A stretch of 63,409 nucleotides of DNA, the filler included, from Sanchytrium tribonematis (lineage: Eukaryota): NCBI GenBank assembly GCA_018985235.1. It is 15 parts of 15 records of this genome, joined end to end, with 100 filler letters (N's around TTAATTAATTAA, not from the genome) between each part and the next. Parts side by side here need not be neighbours in the genome. Positions count along the whole stretch, not along the records: positions 12,075 to 14,985 come from JADGIG010000954.1; positions 15,086 to 17,988 come from JADGIG010000955.1; positions 18,089 to 20,989 come from JADGIG010000956.1; positions 21,090 to 23,973 come from JADGIG010000957.1; positions 24,074 to 45,584 come from JADGIG010000094.1; 10 more parts are not named here. The stretch is one strand, 5' to 3'. Below are positions 12,809 through 24,628 of this stretch, one piece after another. Position 1 is the stretch's first letter; every line of letters begins with the position of its first letter. The notes below the pieces were generated by a model. That model saw only the letters and a program-made list of their open reading frames with translations, had not been told where the DNA came from and did not search any database. Made by a program: the position numbers and the translations under genes.

Positions 12809-13624
12809 TTATTTTATCTGAAATATTTTCAATTTCAATAATTCTGCTGCTGTAGGTCGTTTTGAAGAAACGCACTGTCTCATTAAATTAGAAATGCGTT
12901 GTAAAGTCAATAAATTAAAAGGACCAGCATCAACTTCATTCAGCAGATTCTGCTTATTATTGTAAGAATAGAAACATCTTGGTCGCTCATATCTTTTGAA
13001 TAAAAATTGACCAATAATTTCCAGAAATGTAATACCCAATGCAAAAATATCTGCTTTGATGGCATCATATTCTGATAATTTATAACGATTACCTCTAATG
13101 ACATGATTGTGCCTCATTTCTGGGGCCATGAATGCTTCAGTGCCAATAAAATCACTCACCATTACTTGTTTTTCATTGACTTTTCCAAATTTTGCAAATC
13201 CATAATCACCTAAAACCCAATGCATTTTTCCATTCACCATTTCTCCAAATATATTCTGCGGTTTGACATCTCTGTGAGCCATGGGTGGATTTAGTGAATG
13301 TAAATAATTCAATGCGCTAAGTATCTGACGCATAAAATCAAGAATTCCATAAATATCGAATTTTTTAGTGGATGCATCCAATTTATACATTTTCATGCTG
13401 TATTTTGCATGCGTAGGATGATTTTTGTTGCAATCAGAGTCACTTGATATTAATTGGATCATGTGTTCATCTTTGTTATTTTTTAATTCATTCAACATAT
13501 TAATCTCATTGCATAATACAGCGAGTTTCACAATGTCATCATTATCTGATAAATATTCTGATTTAGTAGTGGTTTGTTGTGTGAAATCATGGATGATTTT
13601 GGCAAATATCAAATGGAAAAACAT
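12809..13624 (-). CDS. Putative secreted protein kinase lacking the Gly-rich loop
   Basis: MFFHLIFA leader, CNEINML alphaC, HRDVKPQN, GDYG, GTEAFMAPE, ADIFALG. Confidence 0.8.
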   Translation of the reverse strand: MFFHLIFAKIIHDFTQQTTTKSEYLSDNDDIVKLAVLCNEINMLNELKNNKDEHMIQLISSDSDCNKNHPTHAKYSMKMYKLDASTKKFDIYGILDFMRQILSALNYLHSLNPPMAHRDVKPQNIFGEMVNGKMHWVLGDYGFAKFGKVNEKQVMVSDFIGTEAFMAPEMRHNHVIRGNRYKLSEYDAIKADIFALGITFLEIIGQFLFKRYERPRCFYSYNNKQNLLNEVDAGPFNLLTLQRISNLMRQCVSSKRPTAAELLKLKIFQIK

Positions 13625-13709
13625 GGGGAAATATTGTAACGGGGAGATGTAGCAATCCAAAGAAACTCAAGGTGGTACAAAAATATACAAAAATGTACAA
13701 AGTCATTTA

Positions 13710-14558
13710 TTAAGTTTTAAAGATGTTCAATTGCAATAATTTATAAGCACTAGGTTGTTTTACTGGATCACATTGTGCCATTAATTTGGCAATGTCCTTT
13801 AAATTCGCCTTGGGATCCGTGCTACTATTAATCATCTCAAAAATGACATGATTTGCATCTGACAACTCAAAACATTGAGAAAATTTAATTCTTTCAGGTA
13901 TATATTGTTGAATACCATGTAAAATTGCCAGAAGTATACCTAATGCAAATATATCTGCTTTAATCGCATCGAATATTGTATTAGTTTCGGCGCTATCAAT
14001 TCGCTTCTTCCAAATTTCAGGTGCCATCAATGGCTTAGTGCCTCGTAAATCTGATACCATAATGTGTTTTTCCTTGTCAAGACCCAATTTTGCAAATCCA
14101 AAATCACCCAAAACCCAATGTATTTTTCCATCTACATTTTCTCCAAATATATTCTGAAATTTAAAGTCACCGTGTGCTATTTGGGGATTTAATGTGTGTA
14201 AATAGTTTAAAGCACTAAGCATTTGATTCATAAATGAGATAATATTGTATTGGTTTGCATCTCTAGATTCAATAGTTTTAAAAAAATAAAATGCATCCAT
14301 TTCAAATCTTTTCATGGTGTATTGTGCATAAGTTGGAGTATCAGAATTACAATCAGACTTGGCTTCTTTCATTTGAATGATATTCGTGTGATGTAATCCA
14401 TTTTCATTTAAATGAGTTAAAATTTTGATTTCATGGCATAAATTGTGCAATAATTTCTCATCTTCATTTGAGTCTGACTCTGCTAAAGATTCTGATTTTG
14501 TAGTGATTTGATTATCATGAACTATTTTGGAAAAGAATAGATGGATGATCAAAAACAT
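13710..14558 (-). CDS. Putative secreted protein kinase, tandem paralog of 12809-13624
   Basis: MFLIIHLFFS leader, HGDFKFQN, GDFG, MAPE, ADIFALG; shares 5' flank sequence with the neighbour. Confidence 0.8.
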   Translation of the reverse strand: MFLIIHLFFSKIVHDNQITTKSESLAESDSNEDEKLLHNLCHEIKILTHLNENGLHHTNIIQMKEAKSDCNSDTPTYAQYTMKRFEMDAFYFFKTIESRDANQYNIISFMNQMLSALNYLHTLNPQIAHGDFKFQNIFGENVDGKIHWVLGDFGFAKLGLDKEKHIMVSDLRGTKPLMAPEIWKKRIDSAETNTIFDAIKADIFALGILLAILHGIQQYIPERIKFSQCFELSDANHVIFEMINSSTDPKANLKDIAKLMAQCDPVKQPSAYKLLQLNIFKT

Positions 14559-15085
14559 GGGGAAAATATTGTAACTGAAAGATGTAGTTACAAATGTCAC
14601 AACAAAGTACAAATGAATACACAAATGTCACATCTTAAAGCACACTGTCTTTATTATGCAGATTCAAGCGACTGAGATTGATCTGTGTTTCATCCCTAAT
14701 TCGTAAATTATTCAAAATCAATAAGTAAGAGACTCCGTGACAGTTTGAATGGTTCAATATACCATTTATAGATACTTGAGGGTACTATATGAGTTTGTAG
14801 GTCTCTTTAACAATGCAAATATCACGCAGATCCTCTAAACATGGGGCATTTGCCTCATTCACAAGAATATACAGTGAGTCCTCTGACTTGCTACGCGTTA
14901 TTCATCATTATTTATCTAATTCATCGTCTATTTTGCATCCATCTGTTTAAAATGACGTCATTTTTACCATGTTTCAACCAAATGCNNNNNNNNNNNNNNN
15001 NNNNNNNNNNNNNNNNNNNNNNNNNNNNNTTAATTAATTAANNNNNNNNNNNNNNNNNNNNNNNNNNNNNNNNNNNNNNNNNNNN

Positions 15086-15854
15086 GAATTATTTTTGCAT
15101 AGCAATCAAATCAATGCGGTATTACCAACACTGCCACCCAATATGTTGCAATTAATATTGGGAATGCCTAATCAAGTGAATTCCAACCAAATTAGTGGAG
15201 AAATTGCCTTGTTGGAAATGAATTCTGATAAATATTTGTATTTATACAATAATTCCATTTCAAGCGTATATATTGCAGCACCAGGTACTTTAAAATACTG
15301 TGATATTACCAAGAATCCAATTTTAAACATGACCAATTTGGAAAATTGTGCAAATGCATCTGATTCTTTTTTGAAACAAGTGATTTCTTCAGAGATTCCT
15401 ACGATTGCCAGTACTTCTACAGCTATAAAAACCACTGCTACCACGCTAGCTACAGTTTCAAATGCTTCCACATCCAATACATCAATATCTAATGATGTTT
15501 TCAGCACATTTGAATCCATTCTCGAGTCTACAGTGTACGCACAAGACCAATTTGAAATACAGCGTATATTTGATTCATTTAGAGTCTATTTTAACCAGAA
15601 GGATATTTTTAAAGAGCACTACTTCAAGTCATTTGGAAGAAGCAACCTCAACTATGATTCAATCTTTTACTAAATTGACTCAAACCACCATGGCCAATGT
15701 ATATTTCAAACCAAACTACAAACTGAATGAGTTTCTCAATTTTAGTATTCTATCCATTGTGAAATTGGTTGTGAATTCTATTTTGATTGCCGGATTGCCC
15801 TTTTGTGTCAAACATGAGCGCATTCGAATGACGAAACAATTTGTTTCATTTTAA
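15086..15854 (+). CDS. C-terminal part of LRR membrane protein (LRR, Ser/Thr stalk, TM); 19-nt intron 15564-15582
   Basis: LRR end LKYCDITKNPI, T/S-rich stalk. The intron joins ORF 15095 to ORF 15462, which ends in hydrophobic ILSIVKLVVNSILIAGLPF. Confidence 0.75.
15564..15582 (+). other. 19-nt GT-AG intron GTATATTTGATTCATTTAG
   Basis: Joins two overlapping ORFs in frame (EIQ-Q-SILTRRIF). Confidence 0.78.
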
Positions 15855-15902
15855 ATAAATGATATTGAAATAAACGACTCAATCAATCATCTCGAATCAA
15901 AT

Positions 15903-17170
15903 TTATTCTTTTAAATATGGCGCAATAAATTCAAAAAATGCAAATTGCGGTGGACTTGTTCCATATTTATACACGAATCTACTTGCCAAATAAGTCCCAA
16001 AAATAGCACGCACATATGGATCTGGCACTCTCCCAATCAATTTCTCATATCCCACGGTTTCCAATAATAATTGTGGCAATGCTTCACACAATACTTTGCG
16101 TCTCAAACTAGGATTCTCCCACAATGAACTCGTTACCAATTCTTCTTTTAATTGGACAATCGCATAACTCAATTTATCACTCAAAATACTCTTTGGTAAA
16201 TTGGTTAATTCAGATTCACGCCACAAACATTCAAATTCACTAGCTGCATTTTTCTCAATTTTGTGGTGGACTTGTGTGATATATTGCTCATAAAATGGAG
16301 GCACTTGGCCATTTTTAACCATCATGTGTTTCTCATACTCGACATCATCAAAAGATAAAGCAGCCAATACTTCCATGGAACTACTCGTGACACCTCCCTT
16401 ATTGGCAGACGCATCTTTAAAAATAATACATCCAGATTTCTCTAATCTCAATCGAGCATCTTGCGTAAAGAATAAATTGGCGCCTTCTACAATATATTTG
16501 AATTTGGGTTTGCCATCTTGATCAATTAATCGACTCACATTGCTCAAATCAACAGATTCTGGTCTGCCACCACACGGCACAAAGAATTCTGATTTAAATT
16601 CTTCTAATAAATGGAATTCATTTCTGAATTGTAATCCACTTTCCACGATGCTGCCATTGGGTAATTTCACATTTTTATCTTCTACCAACACTCTGAATCC
16701 ATCTTTACTCAATTTAGAAGTATCAAATTCAATAATCATTTTACGTTGATTGGCTAATTGCAATAAACTTTGTTTGTCCAAGCCATGCGGATCCCACAAC
16801 ACACCAGATCCATCTACAATTCCCAATGTTTTATCTTGACTAATTTTGATTTCATTGGATCCTAAATCAGTGAATAAATACCTAAATCACCATCTGGTCC
16901 ACCTGTTTGGATTTTAGTGCAATTAATCTCATTTAATCCCATTTTGCGACAAATGCCTAGCACATATTGATGGACACTGCGCGTGGTCATTCCGAATAAA
17001 TCATGGGGAATGCCACCTAATGATTGCGATTTACCAGTTGTAAATGCTTTCCAAAACCCAGCATCTCTTGATTTCGCATGTAAAGCAGCCCAATCCATCA
17101 CATCTGCAGTTCCTTCATCAGGACCAAAAAATAAGATTTCAGGTCGTTTATATCGATCTACTAATTTCTC
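15903..17170 (-). CDS. GDH2: NAD-specific glutamate dehydrogenase, C-terminal about 410 aa only (5' part replaced by a rearrangement); 20-nt intron 16862-16881
   Basis: EILFFGPDEGTA, GGIPHD, QTGGPDGDLG|SNEI, PCGGRPES, VEGANLF, KDASANKGGVTSSSMEVL. Confidence 0.88.
16862..16881 (-). other. 20-nt GT-AG intron GTATTTATTCACTGATTTAG
   Basis: Restores conserved GPDGDLGSNEI. Confidence 0.92.
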
Positions 17171-17351
17171 GTGACGCCTCCCTTATTGGCAGACGCATCT
17201 TTAAAAATAATGCATCCAGATTTCTCTAATCTCAATCGAGCATCTTGCGTAAAGAATAAATTAGCGCCTTCTACAATATATTTGAATTTGGGTTTGCCAT
17301 CTTGATCAGTTAATCGACTCAAAAAAAAAAATCGACTCACGTTGCTCAAAT
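17168..17351 (-). repeat. Diverged duplicate of GDH segment ~16384-16549, carrying an oligo(A) insertion with a 10-bp direct repeat
   Basis: Near-identical to 16384-16549 with about 5 substitutions; AATCGACTCA at 17312-17321 and 17330-17339 flanks an A-run. Confidence 0.85.
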
Positions 17352-17612
17352 TCCCAAGTCCAATACTCTCAAATTTGAAGGTATATGTACTTCAGGATAC
17401 CGCGCAATTGTATAATCTTTTGCAAATCCCCAATGTAGTTCTGTAACCCGCTCATTTTCACAAATAACCCCAACTCCCAAACAACAATCTTTTTCATACT
17501 GAATGAAATAATCTGTATTTGTATACTTGATCTCCATTTCTATAGCAAATTGAATCACTGCTGGACAGTCTATAGACACTGACATCAAACTAGTCAACAG
17601 TAGCGCGTACAT
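17352..17612 (-). pseudogene. N-terminal fragment of an LRR-protein paralog of 3465, truncated by the GDH duplicate
   Basis: MYALLLTSLMSVSIDCP...IKYTNTDYFIQYEKDCCLGVGVICENERVTELHWGF is nearly identical to the 3465 product. Confidence 0.8.
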
Positions 17613-18088
17613 TTCAAAATGGGTAATTTAATTTCTAGCCATGAAAATTGATTTTTAAAATTACCAAATCATTTACTATTCCAGATTCCAGGTGCGCTAT
17701 ATTCAGATTGACAACCTCTTTTACGTAAATTCCCCAAATGAACTACAATGTTGATTTTGAAAACAATATTTTTAGTCCCATCTATTTATAATCCACAAAT
17801 CGATGCGATATAAAGATACCACGATATGTCGCCATTTATAATGCCATGTATAGTGCCATTTATCACATCTGCAAACACGTGCTGAAATCATATTTATTAA
17901 ATCAATTGTTGTTCTCCATCCAAAATTCGATCTGCAAATTCGGGGTAATTCAATTGTTTGCCCTCTCGAAATTGAAACGGAATGGGTTNNNNNNNNNNNN
18001 NNNNNNNNNNNNNNNNNNNNNNNNNNNNNNNNTTAATTAATTAANNNNNNNNNNNNNNNNNNNNNNNNNNNNNNNNNNNNNNNNNNNN

Positions 18089-20989
18089 TGAGAAATATAA
18101 TATTCATACACCTGCATCATCGTGACCATATTTTGTGATTCATTTTGCAATTTAGTTTCTCCGCAACAACCCATTATTTGAGTATCGTGGTGCATACGGC
18201 TCATTAAAGGCATCAAGCACTGTTTTGTTAAAATTGTATCTGCATCCACCATCAAACAATACTCATACTCACTCGGATCCACACCAATTTGGTATTTACA
18301 GTGCCAGGTCATTTCCAGTTCCAATGGACTCATGCCTGTTTCATAATAATATTTGTTGAGCCATCGCATCATCAACATTTGCGAGTCTCTTTTACCTCTA
18401 TTGCCTGGTTTCATTCTTTCTTGCATTGTGCCACACTTGATAATGAATAAATAAGGCACTAAATGTCCTTTACATTCATATAATCCACTAAATACTTTTC
18501 CCATATTATGCTGTTTATTTCCGCTCGCAACACTCACAAATGAAAGTGGAATGGTTTCATCAACTAAACTTTTTGGAATATTCAAGATTTGTGAAACTAA
18601 ATAAGGCGTGCATTGGTCATTATTTGATCCCATAATCATGCCATCACAAATAATCATCATTAATTTGTGCTGGTCACTATAATTTGTAGTTGCAATGGAA
18701 TTAATGCAATTTAACAAAGATTCTGTAGATTCTGAATAACAAGGAATTTGAATAATCAAATACTTTTTAAGTGGCTCTGGATCTGTTGTAAATGCATGTT
18801 TCATGGCAGCAGCAAATTTCAAGCCAATAATCAGGACTAAAATGACTGAAGTGCTCAACAATAACACATTACTCATAATACATTGAAAAGACAATCTATC
18901 ATCTTGAATACCCACATAAAACAGATTATCAAAGCACTGTTTGATTTGATTTGTATTTTTGTTGAAATATTTCAAAAATATATCATTTGTGAGTGTTTTA
19001 CCGTAATTCTTCTTTAAATAATCCATAATATTGTTGTCAAACCATTGATAATCTGGATCACCACTTAAATAGTGCCAATTTGTTAAATCATACACATTTT
19101 TGTTGATTATCACTAAATATCTTGGCTGGTTGATCGAGGTTAAATGCTGGATCCATTCTGGTGCCCATGCCAGTTGTTTGACTTTATCATGATGAATTAA
19201 AAAGGAATTCATCAAATTTGATCCATCTACCGGATCCGTTGTCCATCTATCATGATGAAGCATAAATTTAGTGGAATTCGTATCTGAATATTTTGGTGGA
19301 GCAGTTACAAATAATGCTTTTTGAGTATTCACATTGCAATATAAATTGGCTGGTCGAAATTGAATTAAAGAACTCGTTAAATCTTTTCCACCATATTCAA
19401 TTTTCATACCTTGTTTTGAGTTTTGATGCACAAAATTCATATTATTGATAGAATCAAGGGAATATACACGGCCATAAGCACTGATCAAATCTGAATTAGA
19501 GGCAACTTCAAAAGGACTGTAAATATTTTGCAATGGACAGATTAATGGACCAATTCCAACAATGAAGAACAAGACAATCAAAGAAAGCATTAAAATTAAA
19601 AAGCAAAGAGTTAACTTTTCACGCCATGCTAACTGAATATCAGGTCTTTTCATTCCACGGCATCTCAAGCAACAATTACAAATTGGCCAAGTAATAGAAT
19701 AGACGCAGCAAAGCCATTTCTTTCTGGTTGGTGAAATTGAAGTTTCAATGACGCGAGCTTTAGAAGGAATACTTTTCTCAATTTTCTCATTTCCAGTTGG
19801 CGTTTGATCAATAAATACATCTGAATCACTCATTGAAACATCGCTTAAATCACTCACGCTTTGAGTATCTTGATTCAAATTAATATTTGATTGTGTCTCG
19901 CTTGATTCTGACGTTTGCTGTATTTGGTGATATTTCAATTTAATTTCCAATTGATTAAACACAGCATGACTCAAAAATACCTGAGAATGACCAATAAATA
20001 CATCAGAGTCAGAATAATTGTTGTTAATTTTGAATTGCATTAAATATTCAGCATTTGGAAGTGGATCCATCTGTAAAACTGGAGCATACTTTAGCGTAAA
20101 ATCATTAAAAGACATTCTTAAAATGTAGTCACCATTAAATTCTTTTAATAATTGCAGTAACTGTTTTTTAATTGGGTCTTTTTTGATGTTTTGAGTCAAA
20201 ATGGTCAAATGAAGCATCGATTCTTTTAAAATAGACAAAAGTTTAAAGTAAGCACTTGAATAATGGTTTACAAGTGTTTGCTGTTTTTCTTTGGCGGGGA
20301 CTAATACATTTGATTGTTTTTGTGCAATTGTCTTAATTGTTTTAGATTTAAACAATTTCATCAAGATAGGGTGATCAGATGGTGGAAATTCGGCACTTCC
20401 AGCCATCAAAGAGACAAGATCATTACTCAAATAGTCAATATTATCGGTAATAAAGCTCTGACCATTATAAAAAACAGTTTGGCCAAGATGCTCTAATCCA
20501 AAATAATGTGCAGATCTACCAGTTGTGAAAATCTCATTACTCTGATATTCTTGTCTAATATCTTGAAGTAGTTCGCCGAAAGTATTGCCATTTGAAGTGG
20601 ATTTGTTGATCAATTGAGAAATACTTTTTTTCTGGTTGCCAAAAAGGAGCTCAATTTGTACTTTGAATTGTGTTGGAGCAGAAGCATGACCTTGAACTTG
20701 CATATTCATATTTGGATCAATTATAATCTGCTTCATTGCAAATTCATAAAAAGACTGATAAGTCGAATTTGACAAAAAATCAAAAAGGTCATTTTCTTTG
20801 TCATTTTGATATATTGGCTTCAAATCCACAAAAATAAGAGAATTGGCATAATCAGAGCTTGAAATCTTCTTATTAATATGTTCAATAAACCAAGCATAAA
20901 TCATAAAATAAAGCTGATTCGCCAATAAATCTCTTTGAGATGCAGCTTCCTGTGCATTCAATACTTTTGTGATGTACTCACCCTTTCTA
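18089..20989 (-). CDS. Class V/VII chitin synthase (myosin-motor-like + cytochrome-b5-like + GT2), partial at both ends
   Basis: LYFMIYAWFIEHINKK (myosin-like), AWREKLTL, KPGNRGKRDSQM, MVDADT, QVYEYYIS. Confidence 0.9.
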
Positions 20990-21089
20990 NNNNNNNNNNN
21001 NNNNNNNNNNNNNNNNNNNNNNNNNNNNNNNNNTTAATTAATTAANNNNNNNNNNNNNNNNNNNNNNNNNNNNNNNNNNNNNNNNNNNN

Positions 21090-22636
21090 ATAATCGTGAA
21101 AATATCTTTGCACATTGTTTTTTATTAATTACTTGGAACTTGATGTGTAGAGCCGGTAATACAGTATCGGTTTGTTACAGCCACATGGAATGGCATGAAG
21201 ATTCTCTTGGTATATATTTTGCGCACATGAAAAATGACCAATGCGGTGAAAGACCAAGAGATGCACGGCATATTTATGCTAATCCGCATATGCCAGAGAT
21301 TTGCCCCATTCTTTCTTTGGGATTGTATTTATTGTGTTTTAATTTTGATTCTAATAACTTGAAACTTTTTCCTGGTGGCTCACAATATGATCGGTTTAGC
21401 AAAATTTTGTCGCGTTTATTGAATGGATCAGTTGTAGATGAATTAACTTCAAGAGGGTTATCTCCTTCCGATTTTGGCACACATTCAATACGCAAAGGAT
21501 CCGCGTCATTTGTATTTAGTGGTTCAACATCCTGTCCATCTTCTGTATCAGTTCATTTGCGTGCCGGATGGAATATGAGTGGTGTCACTGATCGTTATAT
21601 GAGATATGAAGCCGCTGGAGACCAATATGTTGGTCGTACAGTGAGTGGATAACCTTTACAACAAGCTGAATTCGCTTCCCTGCCGCCATTTTTCACAGAA
21701 AGAAATGATTTATTAAGTCGCACCTTACGGGAATGTTTTCAAAATATGCCAGTCAATATGGCACAAATTTGTGAATTTGCACTTGCATCTGTAGTCTATC
21801 ACAAGGATTTTGTACTTGAAACGTTGCCAGCATCACATTCTTTATTTAGAACATCCGTTTTTCGTAATTCTTCAGTTTTAAATCAATTATTCTCCTTAAT
21901 AGATTGTAGATCAAGTACTGGAAATGACAGAATCCAAGCAACAGGGATCCCGCCACACACTCAATTATTAATGAATTTATTGGAAATTTCTGATAGTATA
22001 AACAGCATTATTCCTGCAGTAAACCAAGCAACAGAATCTATTGCCGAGAAAATCATTCAAGAATTAGAGGATAGAGCTATTGGTGCAGGTACTGTGACGC
22101 GAGATGGCCTACAGCAGCTTTTGAGCGAAGTTTCTAGAAATTTATTATCATTTATGAGAGAGGAGGGTATTTTGTCGAGTAATAATCAAGTGATTGACTC
22201 AACTCCTGCTCCAATCAATTTTAATAACTCAACTAATAGTGTTGGGACTCATTTTTGGGGTGGTAGATTTCATCATGTACCAGAGTCATTTGATTTGGGA
22301 CCAATGGGGACTGACGTAGCATTTGAATTGTGGTTGTTGGGTGATGAAAGTAGACAATTTCCACCCTATAAACTGCTATCAGGCAGGGACATGTCAAGTA
22401 AAAATCTAGCAACAAGATTTGGCGAATTTAAATTCTTAATGAGCCACATTACACGAGTATTACAGGAAAACAACAGATGGGTACATAATGCAAATGTAGA
22501 GCAAGTCAAACAAATGTTCATTGAGTATTGTGAATTAGATGTGGCGGCATCAAGAACTCCTAAAGGAAGAATTCGTCGTTTGGGCCAGATTGTGTGGTCA
22601 GCAGTGGCAAAGAATCTGCGAAGTCGAGGTTTATAG
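21090..22636 (+). mobile_element. Crypton-type tyrosine-recombinase transposon, 5' truncated, with an in-frame TAA at 21650-21652
   Basis: MCRAGN, MKNDQ, GTHSIRKG, LRAGW, DRY catalytic motifs; ORFs 21140 and 21746 are in the same frame; paralog of 60844-63036. Confidence 0.85.
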
Positions 22637-22964
22637 CCGTCTAAATAAATTATATGAAGTATTTAATGATTAGAAAGCCTTAAAATCAATTGAATTTTTA
22701 GTCGGAATTTCATCCTACAAATTCGAAATATCCTTTGGACATTGGAAAATTGACGAAAAATCCCTTGAAAACTCCTTAAAATGTTCTGAACACAAAGAAA
22801 AAGTCGGACGGAATACCTACAGTTTTACACAAAAATCCCTTTATTCCCGACTTTATTCAGATGATTAAAAATAAATTTTTTGACTCGTTGATTGGTTTAT
22901 TAAAACCGCAAAAGGCGATTTAGTGCAAATATAAGATTTCTCCACTACATCTCAATCCAAACTC

Positions 22965-23709
22965 ATGTTACCTCCCGTTTTTCAAAATCAAGGGGCACCT
23001 TTTTCCGATGAAAATATCGCAGATCTAAGTTCAGAATCGTCTTTAGATTCTCATGGCAATGATTTTGATGGTAATATTGAAGATATCTTGCATAGATTGG
23101 GGGAGTTTGAAAACGAGGAAAATGATGACCTAAATGACTTTAATTTGTTTTGCAATGATTTATTTGGAGACACTATACTTGATGAAGATGGTAGCCGTAG
23201 ATTTCTTTCTTCAAATTCCCACAATTTGCCATTTTTGCCGCCAGAAGCTGCAACTACTCCAACGGAATCGACTAATCCAGCAACTGATGACCCTTTTCTA
23301 GCACTCGGCGATATCTATATTGAAGATGAGTATGGCTCTCGGTATCGCACGTACGATTATGAACAATTTCGAGTTAAAGTAGACGCAGACTATCATTTTG
23401 AATTAAAAAATATTGATTCCAATAAGCCTATTGAGTATTTTTTGTCGTATATTAAAGACGATTATCTACAGCAAATTGCCAGAGAGACTGATTTAAATGG
23501 GTATGCAAGTAACCAATGAAATGTATGGACAACAATTACAGCTGGGGAAATTAAAATTTTCATTGGTATTTTATTGATTATGTCTAATCGACATGAGTCA
23601 AAAAAGAAAGATTATTTTGATCGTAATACTGGTGTTCCACTCGTTTTTAATAATATGAAATATTCCCGTTTTGCTTTGATCTACAAATATCTGCGTGGGA
23701 TTGGCTGAT
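22965..23709 (+). mobile_element. piggyBac-like transposase N-terminal relic (pseudogene)
   Basis: Acidic N-terminus then PIEYFLSYIKDDYLQQIARETDLN..Q*NVWTTITAGEIKIFIGILLIMS...MKYSRFALIYKYLR (DDE_Tnp_1_7-like); in-frame TGA at 23517-23519. Confidence 0.75.
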
Positions 23710-24073
23710 AAATTAAAGGACGAAATGTTGAACTGTGTTCAAAAATTTCAAAAGGAAGGTGTCCATTAGAAGTGAAACTGGTTGCTACTCTGGGGTTTGG
23801 GGTTCAAACAATTTTCTATTGGAATTGTTAAATCTGGTCTAGAGGTTGTCAGAGAGTCTACCAGAAACAATAGAAGTTCAATTAATGAAAGAAACGATTC
23901 ATCAGCTTTGGATCATCCTCTAAGTACTGATTTCTCTTTTCTAGACTCAACGCTTTTGAGTAGTGAACCCATTNNNNNNNNNNNNNNNNNNNNNNNNNNN
24001 NNNNNNNNNNNNNNNNNTTAATTAATTAANNNNNNNNNNNNNNNNNNNNNNNNNNNNNNNNNNNNNNNNNNNN

Positions 24074-24616
24074 GTAGCTTCAGACTTATTATCTCAAGCT
24101 GAACATGGCGTAGATTCTCAGGTCATTTGCTTAGGTCTCAATCTGACCCAGGAACGATTGAAATCTTTACTGGAGGAAATTTATAAGCAAGCTGAAAAGC
24201 TTCCCCGAAAAGACATCGTCTCAAAGTCATTGCAACACTCTACCATTATATCGGTTAGTTCTGAAAAGGATGTGTTGGACATAATTAACGATTACGCCCC
24301 GGAGCATTTAATATTACAAAACAAAGATTGTAATAATCTCGCTTCTAAAGTTCAAAATGCAGGTTCCATATTTATTGGCGCATACACTCCTGAAAGTTGT
24401 GGTGACTATGCTTCAGGTACAAATCACACACTTCCTACCCACGGTTTTGCAAAAATGTACGGAGGTGTATCAACAAGTACCTTTGTCAAATTTATCACCG
24501 AACAGGAAATATCCAGAGATGGACTAGAAAATTTAGGGCCTACTGTAATGAGATTAGCCAAACTAGAAGAGCTGGATGGACATCACAATGCAGTAGAAAT
24601 TCGACTAAGAAAATAA
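24074..24616 (+). CDS. HIS4: Histidinol dehydrogenase domain (C-terminus of HIS4), 5' truncated
   Basis: DLLSQAEHG, YAPEHL, PESCGDYASGTNHTLPT, EELDGHHNAV. Confidence 0.92.
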   Translation, partial: VASDLLSQAEHGVDSQVICLGLNLTQERLKSLLEEIYKQAEKLPRKDIVSKSLQHSTIISVSSEKDVLDIINDYAPEHLILQNKDCNNLASKVQNAGSIFIGAYTPESCGDYASGTNHTLPTHGFAKMYGGVSTSTFVKFITEQEISRDGLENLGPTVMRLAKLEELDGHHNAVEIRLRK

Positions 24617-24628
24617 AGATTTTATTTT

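Noticed and set aside
21650..21652. In-frame TAA in Crypton (and TGA at 23517) as stop-codon reassignment
   Set aside because: The TAA aligns with Leu in the paralog (likely TTA>TAA), and TAA/TGA end conserved genes at the expected positions. These are nonsense mutations in dead elements, not an Amoeboaphelidium-type code.
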